Assembly: GCA_032718475.1 (NCBI GenBank)
Contig: JAUCBJ010009114.1
Location: forward strand, 1-64,000
DNA: 64,000 nt
Origin: Nemertoderma westbladi
Taxonomy: Eukaryota; Animalia; Xenacoelomorpha
Direction of reading: 5' to 3'
The notes beneath the pieces were generated by a model that worked only from the letters and a program-made list of their open reading frames with translations, was not told where the DNA came from and did no database searches. Shown piece by piece: positions 23,401 through 38,400 of this stretch; the first letter of the stretch is position 1, and every line of letters starts with the position of its first letter. The translations under genes were made by a program, and so were the position numbers.

Positions 23401-26400
23401 TACAAGAGAGGATACAATTCATACAAGAGAGGATACAATTCATACAAGAGGGGATACAATTCATACAAGAGGGGATACAATTCATACAAGAGGGGATACA
23501 ATTCATACAAGAGAGGATACAATTCATACAAGAGGGGATACAATTCATACAAGAGGGGATACAATTCATACAAGAGGGGATACAATTCATACAAGAGGGG
23601 ATATAACTGATACAAGAGAGGATACAATTCATACAAGAGGCGATACAATTCATACAAGAGGGGATACAATTCATACAAGAGAGGATACAATTCATACAAG
23701 AGGGGATACAATTCATACAAGAGGGGATACAATTCATACAAGAGAGGATACAATTCATACAAGAGGGGATACAATTCATACAAGAGAGGATACAATTCAT
23801 ACAAGAGGGGATACAATTCATACAAGAGAGGATACAATTCATACAAGAGTGGATACAATTCATACAAGAGGGGATACAACTGATACAAGAGTGGATACAA
23901 TTCATACAAGAGGGGATACAATTCATACAAGAGGGGATACAATTCATACAAGAGGGGATACAATTCATACAAGAGGGGATACAATTCATACAAGAGGGGA
24001 TACAATTCATACAAGAGAGGATACAATTCATACAAGAGGGGATACAATTCATACAAGAGTGGATACAATTCATACAAGAGGGGATACAACTGATACAAGA
24101 GTGGATACAATTCATACAAGAGAGGATACAATTCATACAAGAGGGGATACAATTCATACAAGAGGGGATACAATTCATACAAGAGGGGATACAATTCATA
24201 CAAGAGGGGATATAACTGATACAAGAGAGGATACAATTCATACAAGAGAGGATACAATTCATACAAGAGGGGATACAATTCATACAAGAGAGGATACAAT
24301 TCATACACGAGAGGATACAATTCATACAAGAGGGGATACAACTCATACAAGAGGGGATACAATTCATACAAGAGAGGATACAATTCATACAAGAGGGGAT
24401 ACAATTCATACAAGAGGGGATACAATTCATACAAGAGAGGATACAATTCATACAAGAGAGGATACAATTCATACAAGAGGGGATACAATTCATACAAGAG
24501 AGGATACAATTCATACACGAGAGGATACAATTCATACAAGAGGGGATACAACTGATACAAGAGAGGATACAATTCATACAAGAGGGGATACAACTGATAC
24601 AAGAGGGGATACAATTCATACAAGAGGGGATACAATTCATACAAGAGAGGATACAATTCATACAAGAGAGGATACAATTCATACAAGAGGGGATACAACT
24701 GATACAAGAGAGGATACAATTCATACAAGAGAGGATACAATTCATACAAGAGAGGATACAATTCATACAAGAGGGGATACAATTCATACAAGAGAGGATA
24801 CAATTCATACACGAGAGGATACAATTCATACAAGAGGGGATACAACTGATACAAGAGAGGATACAATTCATACAAGAGGGGATACAACTGATACAAGAGG
24901 GGATACAATTCATACAAGAGGGGATACAACTGATACAAGAGGGGATACAATTCATACAAGAGGGGATACAACTGATACAAGAGAGGATACAATTCATACA
25001 AGAGGGGATACAACTGATACAAGAGGGGATACAATTCATACAAGAGGGGATACAACTGATACAAGAGAGGATACAATTCATACAAGAGTGGATACAATTC
25101 ATACAAGAGGGGATACAATTCATACAAGAGTGGATACAATTCATACAAGAGGGGATACAATTCATACAAGAGGGGATACAACTGATACAAGAGAGGATAC
25201 AATTCATACAAGAGAGGATACAATTCATACAAGAGAGGATACAATTCATACAAGAGGGGATACAATTCATACAAGAGGGTATACAATTCATACAAGAGGG
25301 GATACAATTCATACAAGAGTGGATACAATTCATACAAGAGTGGATACAATTCATACAAGAGTGGATACAATTCATACAAGAGTGGATACAATTCATACAA
25401 GAGGGGATACAATTCATACAAGAGAGGATACAATTCATACACGAGAGGATACAATTCATACAAGAGGGGATACAACTGATACAAGAGAGGATACAATTCA
25501 TACAAGAGGGGATACAATTCATACAAGAGGGGATACAATTCATACAAGAGGGGATACAACTGATACAAGAGAGGATACAATTCATACAAGAGTGGATACA
25601 ATTCATACAAGAGGGGATACAACTGATACAAGAGAGGATACAATTCATACAAGAGTGGATACAATTCATACAAGAGGGGATACAACTGATACAAGAGAGG
25701 ATACAATTCATACAAGAGTGGATACAATTCATACAAGAGGGGATACAATTCATACAAGAGTGGATACAATTCATACAAGAGAGGATACAATTCATACAAG
25801 AGTGGATACAATTCATACAAGAGGGGATACAACTGATACAAGAGGGGATACAATTCATACAAGAGGGGATACAACTGATACAAGAGAGGATACAATTCAT
25901 ACAAGAGTGGATACAATTCATACAAGAGGGGATACAATTCATACAAGAGTGGATACAATTCATACAAGAGTGGATACAATTCATACAAGAGTGGATACAA
26001 TTCATACAAGAGTGGATACAATTCATACAAGAGTGGATACAATTCATACAAGAGGGGATACAATTCATACAAGAGGGGATACAATTCATACAAGAGGGGA
26101 TACAATTCATACAAGATGGGATACAATTCATACAAGAGAGGATACAATTCATACAAGAGGGGATACAATTCATACAAGAGGGGATACAATTCATACAAGA
26201 AGGGATACAATTCATACAAGAGGGGGTACAATTCATACAAGAGTGGATAAAATTCATACAAGAGGGGATACAACTGATACAAGAGAGGATACAATTCATA
26301 CAAGAGGGGATACAATTCATACAAGAGTGGATACAATTCATACAAGAGGGGATACAACTGATACAAGAGTGGATACAATTCATACAAGAGAGGATACAAT

Positions 26401-29400
26401 TCATACAAGAGGGGATACAATTCATACAAGAGAGGATACAATTCATACAAGAGGGGATACAATTCATACAAGAGGGGGTACAATTCATACAGGAGGGGAT
26501 ACAATTCATACAAGAGTGGATACAATTCATACAAGAGGGGATACAACTGATACAAGAGTGGATACAATTCATACAAGAGAGGATACAATTCATACAAGAG
26601 AGGATACAATTCATACAAGAGTGGATACAATTCATACAAGAGGGGATACAATTCATACAAGAGGGGATACAATTCATACAGGAGGGGATACAACTGATAC
26701 AAGAGAGGATACAATTCATACAGGAGGGGATACAATTCATACAAGAGGGGGTACAATTCATACAAGAGGGGATACAATTCATACAAGAGGGGGTACAATT
26801 CATACAAGAGGGGATACAATTCATACACGAGGGGATACAATTCATACAAGATGGGATACAATTCATACAAGAGGGGATACAATTCATACAAGAGAGGATA
26901 CAATTCATACAAGAGGGGATACAATTCATACAAGAGAGGATACAATTCATACAAGAGGGGATACAATTCATACAAGAGGGGATACAATTCATACAAGAGG
27001 GGATACAATTCATACAAGAGGGGATACAATTCATACAAGATGGGATACAATTCATACAAGAGGGGATACAATTCATACAAGAGGGGATACAATTCATACA
27101 GGAGGGGATACAATTCATACAAGAGGCGATACAATTCATACAAGAGGGGATACAATTCATACAAGAGGGGATACAATTCATACAAGAGGGGATACAATTC
27201 ATACAAGAGGGGATACAATTCATACAAGAGGGGGTACAATTCATACAAGAGTGGATACAATTCATACAAGATGGGATACAATTCATACAAGAGGGGGTAC
27301 AATTCATACAAGAGGGGATACAATTCATACAAGAGGGGGTACAATTCATACAAGAGGGGATACAATTCATACAAGAGAGGATACAATTCATACAAGAGTG
27401 GATACAATTCATACAAGATGGGATACAATTCATACAAGAGGGGATACTATTCATACAAGAGGGGATACAATTCATACAAGAGTGGATACAATTCATACAA
27501 GATGGGATACAGTTCATACAAGAGGGGATACAATTCATACAAGAGGGGATACAATTCATACAAGAGAGGATACAATTCATACAAGAGGGGATACAATTCA
27601 TACAAGAGTGGATACAATTCATACAAGATGGGATACAATTCATACAAGAGGGGATACAATTCATACAAGAGGGGATACAATTCATACAAGAGAGGATACA
27701 ATTCATACAAGAGTGGATACAATTCATACAAGATGGGATACAATTCATACAAGAGGGGATACAATTCATACAAGAGGGGATACAATTCATACAAGAGGGG
27801 ATACAATTCATACAAGATGGGATACAATTCATACAAGAGGGGATACAATTCATACAAGAGGGGATACAATTCATACAAGAGAGGATACAATTCATACAAG
27901 AGGGGATACAATTCATACAAGAGTGGATACAATTCATACAAGATGGGATACAATTCATACAAGAGGGGATACAATTCATACAAGAGGGGATACAATTCAT
28001 ACAAGATGGGATACAATTCATACAAGAGGGGATACAATTCATACAAGAGGGGATACAATTCATACAAGAGAGGATACAATTCATACAAGAGGGGATACAA
28101 TTCATACAAGAGTGGATACAATTCATACAAGAGGGGATACAATTCATACAAGAGTGGATACAATTCATACAAGAGGGGATACAATTCATACAAGAGTGGA
28201 TACAATTCATACAAGAGGGGATACAATTCATACAAGATGGGATACAATTCATACAAGAGGGGATACAATTCATACAAGAGGGGATACAATTCATACAAGA
28301 GAGGATACAATTCATACAAGAGGGGATACAATTCATACAAGAGTGGATACAATTCATACAAGATGGGATACAATTCATACAAGAGGGGATACAATTCATA
28401 CAAGAGGGGATACAATTCATACAAGAGAGGATACAATTCATACAAGAGTGGATACAATTCATACAAGATGGGATACAATTCATACAAGAGGGGATACTAT
28501 TCATACAAGAGAGGATACAATTCATACACGAGAGGATACAATTCATACAAGAGGGGATACAATTCATACAAGAGGGGATACAATTCATACAAGAGGGGAT
28601 ACAATTCATACAAGAGGGGATACAATTCATACAAGAGGGGATACAATTCATACAAGAGTGGATACAATTCATACAAGAGGGGATACAATTCATACAAGAG
28701 GGGATACAATTCATACAAGATGGGATACAATTCATACACGAGAGGATACAATTCATACAAGAGGGGATACAATTCATACAAGAGGGGATACAATTCATAC
28801 AAGAGGGGATACAATTCATACAAGAGTGGATACAATTCATACAAGATGGGATACAATTCATACAAGAGGGGATACAATTCATACAAGAGGGGATACAATT
28901 CATACAAGAGAGGATACAATTCATACAAGAGTGGATACAATTCATACAAGATGGGATACAATTCATACAAGAGGGGATACAATTCATACACGAGAGGATA
29001 CAATTCATACAAGATGGGATACAATTCATACAAGAGGGGATACAATTCATACAAGAGTGGATACAATTCATACAAGAGGGGATACAATTCATACAAGAGG
29101 GGATACAATTCATACAAGAGGGGATACAATTCATACAAGAGAGGATACAATTCATACAAGAGGGGATACAATTCATACAAGAGGGGATACAATTCATACA
29201 CGAGAGGATACAATTCATACAAGATGGGATACAATTCATACAAGAGGGGATACAATTCATACAAGAGTGGATACAATTCATACAAGATGGGATACAATTC
29301 ATACAAGAGGGGATACAATTCATACACGAGAGGATACAATTCATACAAGATGGGATACAATTCATACAAGAGGGGATACAATTCATACAAGATGGGATAC

Positions 29401-32400
29401 AATTCATACACGAGAGGATACAATTCATACAAGAGGGGATACAATTCATACAAGAGGGGATACAATTCATACAAGAGGGGATACAATTCATACAAGAGGG
29501 GATACAATTCATACACGAGAGGATACAATTCATACAAGATGGGATACAATTCATACAAGAGGGGATACAATTCATACAAGAGGGGATACAATTCATACAA
29601 GAGAGGATACAATTCATACAAGAGGGGATACAATTCATACAAGAGGGGGTACAATTCATACAAGAGGGGATACAATTCATACAAGAGGGGATACAATTCA
29701 TACAAGAGGGGGTACAACTGATACAAGAGAGGATACAATTCATACAAGAGGGGATACAATTCATACAAGAGAGGATACAATTCATACAAGAGGGGGTACA
29801 ATTCATACAAGAGGGGATACAATTCATACAAGAGGGGATACAATTCATACAAGAGGGGATACAACTGATACAAGAGTGGATACAATTCATACAAGAGTGG
29901 ATACAATTCATACAAGAGGGGATACAATTCATACAAGAGGGGATACAACTGATACAAGAGGGGATACAATTCATACAAGAGGGGATACAATTCATACAAG
30001 AGTGGATACAATTCATACAAGAGGGGATACAACTGATACAAGAGAGGATACAATTCATACAAGAGAGGATACAATTCATACAAGAGAGGATACAATTCAT
30101 ACAAGATGGGATACAATTCATACAAGAGAGGATACAATTCATACAAGAGGGGATACAATTCATACAAGAGAGGATACAATTCATACAAGAGTGGATACAA
30201 TTCATACAAGAGGGGATACAATTCATACAAGAGGGGGTACAATTCATACAAGAGTGGATACAATTCATACAAGATGGGATACAATTCATACAAGAGGGGA
30301 TACAATTCATACAAGAGAGGATACAATTCATACAAGAGAGGATACAATTCATACAAGAGGGGATACAACTGATACAAGAGAGGATACAATTCATACAAGA
30401 GAGGATACAATTCATACAAGAGGGGATACAATTCATACAAGAGGGGATACAATTCATACAAGAGGGGATACAATTCATACAAGAGGGGATACAACTGATA
30501 CAAGAGAGGATACAATTCATACAAGAGAGGATACAATTCATACAAGAGAGGATACAATTCATACAAGAGGGGATACAATTCATACAAGAGGGGATACAAT
30601 TCATACAAGAGGGGATACAATTCATACAAGAGGGGATACAATTCATACAAGAGGGGATACAATTCATACAAGAGGGGATACAATTCATACAAGAGGGGAT
30701 ACAATTCATACAAGAGGGGATACAATTCATACAAGAGGGGATACAATTCATACAAGAGGGGATACAATTCATACAAGAGGGGATACAACTGATACAAGAG
30801 AGGATACAATTCATACAAGAGAGGATACAATTCATACAAGAGTGGATACAATTCATACAAGAGGGGATACAACTGATACAAGAGAGGATACAATTCATAC
30901 AAGAGAGGATACAATTCATACAAGAGTGGATACAATTCATACAAGAGGGGATACAACTGATACAAGAGAGGATACAATTCATACAAGAGAGGATACAATT
31001 CATACAAGAGAGGATACAATTCATACAAGAGGGGATACAATTCATACAAGAGGGGATACAATTCATACAAGAGGGGATACAATTCATACAAGAGGGGATA
31101 CAACTGATACAAGAGAGGATACAATTCATACAAGAGAGGATACAATTCATACAAGAGAGGATACAATTCATACAAGAGGGGATACAATTCATACAAGAGG
31201 GGATACAATTCATACAAGAGGGGATACAATTCATACAAGAGGGGATACAATTCATACAAGAGGGGATACAATTCATACAAGAGGGGATACAATTCATACA
31301 AGAGGGGATACAATTCATACAAGAGAGGATACAATTCATACAAGAGAGGATACAATTCATACAAGAGGGGATACAATTCATACAAGAGGGGATACAATTC
31401 ATACAAGAGGGGATACAATTCATACAAGAGGGGATACAATTCATACAAGAGGGGATACAATTCATACAAGAGGGGATACAATTCATACAAGAGGGGATAC
31501 AATTCATACAAGAGGGGATACAATTCATACAAGAGAGGATACAATTCATACAAGAGAGGATACAATTCATACAAGAGGGGATACAATTCATACAAGAGGG
31601 GATACAATTCATACAAGAGGGGATACAATTCATACAAGAGGGGATACAATTCATACAAGAGGAGATACAATTCATACAAGAGAGGATACAATTCATACAA
31701 GAGGGGATACAATTCATACAAGAGAGGATACAATTCATACAAGAGGGGATACAACTGATACAAGAGGGGATACAATTCATACAAGAGGGGATACAATTCA
31801 TACAAGAGGGGATACAATTCATACAAGAGGGGATACAATTCATACAAGAGGGGATACAATTGATACAAGAGGGGATACAATTCATACAAGAGCAGATACA
31901 ATTCATACAAGAGAGGATACAATTCATACAAGAGGGGATACAATTCATACAAGAGAGGATACAACTGATACAAGAGAGGATACAATTCATACAAGAGGGG
32001 ATACAATTCATACAAGAGCAGATACAATTCATACAAGAGAGGATACAATTCATACAAGAGGGGATACAATTCATACAAGAGAGGATACAACTGATACAAG
32101 AGAGGATACAATTCATACAAGAGAGGATACAATTCATACAAGAGGGGATACAATTCATACAAGAGAGGATACAACTGATACAAGAGAGGATACAATTCAT
32201 ACAAGAGAGGATACAATTCATACAAGAGGGGATACAACTGATACAAGAGGGGATACAATTCATACAAGAGGGGATACAATTCATACAAGAGCAGATACAA
32301 TTCATACAAGAGAGGATACAATTCATACAAGAGGGGATACAATTCATACAAGAGAGGATACAACTGATACAAGAGAGGATACAATTCATACAAGAGAGGA

Positions 32401-35400
32401 TACAATTCATACAAGAGAGGATACAATTCATACAAGAGGGGATACAATTCATACAAGAGGGGATACAATTCATACAAGAGGGGATACAATTCATACAAGA
32501 GGGGATACAATTCATACAAGAGGGGATACAATTCATACAAGAGGGGATACAATTCATACAAGAGGGGATACAATTCATACAAGAGGGGATACAATTCATA
32601 CAAGAGGGGATACAATTCATACAAGAGGGGATACAACTGATACAAGAGAGGATACAATTCATACAAGAGAGGATACAATTCATACAAGAGTGGATACAAC
32701 TGATACAAGAGAGGATACAATTCATACAAGAGAGGATACAATTCATACAAGAGGGGATACAATTCATACAAGAGAGGATACAATTCATACAAGATGGGAT
32801 ACAATTTATACAAGAGGGGATACAATTCATACAAGAGTGGATACAATTCATACAAGAGGGGATACAATTCATACAAGAGTGGATACAATTCATACAAGAG
32901 GGGATACAACTGATACAAGAGAGGATACAATTCATACAAGATGGGATACAATTCATACAAGAGGGGGTACAACTGATACAAGAGAGGATACAACTGATAC
33001 AAGAGGGGATACAATTCATACAAGGGGGGATACAATTCATACAAAAGAGGATACAATTCATACAAGAGGGGATACAATTCATACAAGATGGGATACAATT
33101 CATACAAGAGGGGATACAATTCATACAAGAGGGGATACAACTGATACAAGAGAGGATACAATTCATACAAGAGGGGATACAATTCATACAAGAGGGGATA
33201 CAATTCATACAAGAGTGGATACAATTCATACAAGAGGGGATACAACTGATACAAGAGAGGATACAATTCATACAAGAGGGGGTACAACTGATACAAGAGG
33301 GGATACAACTGATACAAGAGGGGATACAATTCATACAAGGGGGGATACAATTCATACAAAAGAGGATACAATTCATACAAGAGGGGATACAATTCATACA
33401 AGAGGGGATACAACTGATACAAGAGAGGATACAATTCATACAAGAGGGGATACAATTCATACAAGAGGGGATACAATTCATACAAGAGTGGATACAATTC
33501 ATACAAGAGGGGATACAACTGATACAAGAGAGGATACAATTCATACAAGAGGGGATACAATTCATACAAGAGTGGATACAATTCATACAAGAGGGGATAC
33601 AACTGATACAAGAGAGGATACAATTCATACAAGAGGGGATACAATTCATACAAGAGTGGATACAATTCATACAAGAGGGGATACAACTGATACAAGAGAG
33701 GATACAATTCATACAAGAGGGGATACAATTCATACAAGAGGGGATACAATTCATACAAGAGGGGATACAATTCATACAAGAGGGGATACAATTCATACAA
33801 GAGAGGATACAATTCATACAAGAGGGGATACAATTCATACAAGAGTGGATACAATTCATACAAGAGGGGATACAACTGATACAAGAGAGGATACAATTCA
33901 TACAAGAGAGGATACAATTCCTACAAGAAGGGATACAATTCATACAAGAGAGGATACAATTCATACAAGAGGGGATACAATTCATACAAGAGTGGATACA
34001 ACTGATACNNNNNNNNNNNNNNNNNNNNNNNNNNNNNNNNNNNNNNNNNNNNNNNNNNNNNNNNNNNNNNNNNNNNNNNNNNNNNNNNNNNNNNNNNNNN
34101 NNNNNNNNCATACAAGATGGGATACAATTCATACAAGAGGGGATACAATTCATACAAGAGGGGATACAATTCATACAAGAGAGGATACAATTCATACAAG
34201 AGTGGATACAATTCATACAAGATGGGATACAATTCATACAAGAGGGGATACTATTCATACAAGAGAGGATACAATTCATACACGAGAGGATACAATTCAT
34301 ACAAGAGGGGATACAATTCATACAAGAGGGGATACAATTCATACAAGAGGGGATACAATTCATACAAGAGGGGATACAATTCATACAAGAGGGGATACAA
34401 TTCATACAAGAGTGGATACAATTCATACAAGAGGGGATACAATTCATACAAGAGGGGATACAATTCATACAAGATGGGATACAATTCATACACGAGAGGA
34501 TACAATTCATACAAGAGGGGATACAATTCATACAAGAGGGGATACAATTCATACAAGAGGGGATACAATTCATACAAGAGTGGATACAATTCATACAAGA
34601 TGGGATACAATTCATACAAGAGGGGATACAATTCATACAAGAGGGGATACAATTCATACAAGAGAGGATACAATTCATACAAGAGTGGATACAATTCATA
34701 CAAGATGGGATACAATTCATACAAGAGGGGATACAATTCATACACGAGAGGATACAATTCATACAAGATGGGATACAATTCATACAAGAGGGGATACAAT
34801 TCATACAAGAGTGGATACAATTCATACAAGAGGGGATACAATTCATACAAGAGGGGATACAATTCATACAAGAGGGGATACAATTCATACAAGAGAGGAT
34901 ACAATTCATACAAGAGGGGATACAATTCATACAAGAGGGGATACAATTCATACACGAGAGGATACAATTCATACAAGATGGGATACAATTCATACAAGAG
35001 GGGATACAATTCATACAAGAGTGGATACAATTCATACAAGATGGGATACAATTCATACAAGAGGGGATACAATTCATACACGAGAGGATACAATTCATAC
35101 AAGATGGGATACAATTCATACAAGAGGGGATACAATTCATACAAGATGGGATACAATTCATACACGAGAGGATACAATTCATACAAGAGGGGATACAATT
35201 CATACAAGAGGGGATACAATTCATACAAGAGGGGATACAATTCATACAAGAGGGGATACAATTCATACACGAGAGGATACAATTCATACAAGATGGGATA
35301 CAATTCATACAAGAGGGGATACAATTCATACAAGAGGGGATACAATTCATACAAGAGAGGATACAATTCATACAAGAGGGGATACAATTCATACAAGAGG

Positions 35401-38400
35401 GGGTACAATTCATACAAGAGGGGATACAATTCATACAAGAGGGGATACAATTCATACAAGAGGGGGTACAACTGATACAAGAGAGGATACAATTCATACA
35501 AGAGGGGATACAATTCATACAAGAGAGGATACAATTCATACAAGAGGGGGTACAATTCATACAAGAGGGGATACAATTCATACAAGAGGGGATACAATTC
35601 ATACAAGAGGGGATACAACTGATACAAGAGTGGATACAATTCATACAAGAGTGGATACAATTCATACAAGAGGGGATACAATTCATACAAGAGGGGATAC
35701 AACTGATACAAGAGGGGATACAATTCATACAAGAGGGGATACAATTCATACAAGAGTGGATACAATTCATACAAGAGGGGATACAACTGATACAAGAGAG
35801 GATACAATTCATACAAGAGAGGATACAATTCATACAAGAGAGGATACAATTCATACAAGATGGGATACAATTCATACAAGAGAGGATACAATTCATACAA
35901 GAGGGGATACAATTCATACAAGAGAGGATACAATTCATACAAGAGTGGATACAATTCATACAAGAGGGGATACAATTCATACAAGAGGGGGTACAATTCA
36001 TACAAGAGTGGATACAATTCATACAAGATGGGATACAATTCATACAAGAGGGGATACAATTCATACAAGAGAGGATACAATTCATACAAGAGAGGATACA
36101 ATTCATACAAGAGGGGATACAACTGATACAAGAGAGGATACAATTCATACAAGAGAGGATACAATTCATACAAGAGGGGATACAATTCATACAAGAGGGG
36201 ATACAATTCATACAAGAGGGGATACAATTCATACAAGAGGGGATACAACTGATACAAGAGAGGATACAATTCATACAAGAGAGGATACAATTCATACAAG
36301 AGAGGATACAATTCATACAAGAGGGGATACAATTCATACAAGAGGGGATACAATTCATACAAGAGGGGATACAATTCATACAAGAGGGGATACAATTCAT
36401 ACAAGAGGGGATACAATTCATACAAGAGGGGATACAATTCATACAAGAGGGGATACAATTCATACAAGAGGGGATACAATTCATACAAGAGGGGATACAA
36501 TTCATACAAGAGGGGATACAATTCATACAAGAGGGGATACAACTGATACAAGAGAGGATACAATTCATACAAGAGAGGATACAATTCATACAAGAGTGGA
36601 TACAATTCATACAAGAGGGGATACAACTGATACAAGAGAGGATACAATTCATACAAGAGAGGATACAATTCATACAAGAGTGGATACAATTCATACAAGA
36701 GGGGATACAACTGATACAAGAGAGGATACAATTCATACAAGAGAGGATACAATTCATACAAGAGAGGATACAATTCATACAAGAGGGGATACAATTCATA
36801 CAAGAGGGGATACAATTCATACAAGAGGGGATACAATTCATACAAGAGGGGATACAACTGATACAAGAGAGGATACAATTCATACAAGAGAGGATACAAT
36901 TCATACAAGAGAGGATACAATTCATACAAGAGGGGATACAATTCATACAAGAGGGGATACAATTCATACAAGAGGGGATACAATTCATACAAGAGGGGAT
37001 ACAATTCATACAAGAGGGGATACAATTCATACAAGAGGGGATACAATTCATACAAGAGGGGATACAATTCATACAAGAGAGGATACAATTCATACAAGAG
37101 AGGATACAATTCATACAAGAGGGGATACAATTCATACAAGAGGGGATACAATTCATACAAGAGGGGATACAATTCATACAAGAGGGGATACAATTCATAC
37201 AAGAGGGGATACAATTCATACAAGAGGGGATACAATTCATACAAGAGGGGATACAATTCATACAAGAGGGGATACAATTCATACAAGAGAGGATACAATT
37301 CATACAAGAGAGGATACAATTCATACAAGAGGGGATACAATTCATACAAGAGGGGATACAATTCATACAAGAGGGGATACAATTCATACAAGAGGGGATA
37401 CAATTCATACAAGAGGAGATACAATTCATACAAGAGAGGATACAATTCATACAAGAGGGGATACAATTCATACAAGAGAGGATACAATTCATACAAGAGG
37501 GGATACAACTGATACAAGAGGGGATACAATTCATACAAGAGGGGATACAATTCATACAAGAGGGGATACAATTCATACAAGAGGGGATACAATTCATACA
37601 AGAGGGGATACAATTGATACAAGAGGGGATACAATTCATACAAGAGCAGATACAATTCATACAAGAGAGGATACAATTCATACAAGAGGGGATACAATTC
37701 ATACAAGAGAGGATACAACTGATACAAGAGAGGATACAATTCATACAAGAGGGGATACAATTCATACAAGAGCAGATACAATTCATACAAGAGAGGATAC
37801 AATTCATACAAGAGGGGATACAATTCATACAAGAGAGGATACAACTGATACAAGAGAGGATACAATTCATACAAGAGAGGATACAATTCATACAAGAGGG
37901 GATACAATTCATACAAGAGAGGATACAACTGATACAAGAGAGGATACAATTCATACAAGAGAGGATACAATTCATACAAGAGGGGATACAACTGATACAA
38001 GAGGGGATACAATTCATACAAGAGGGGATACAATTCATACAAGAGCAGATACAATTCATACAAGAGAGGATACAATTCATACAAGAGGGGATACAATTCA
38101 TACAAGAGAGGATACAACTGATACAAGAGAGGATACAATTCATACAAGAGAGGATACAATTCATACAAGAGAGGATACAATTCATACAAGAGGGGATACA
38201 ATTCATACAAGAGGGGATACAATTCATACAAGAGGGGATACAATTCATACAAGAGGGGATACAATTCATACAAGAGGGGATACAATTCATACAAGAGGGG
38301 ATACAATTCATACAAGAGGGGATACAATTCATACAAGAGGGGATACAATTCATACAAGAGGGGATACAATTCATACAAGAGGGGATACAACTGATACAAG

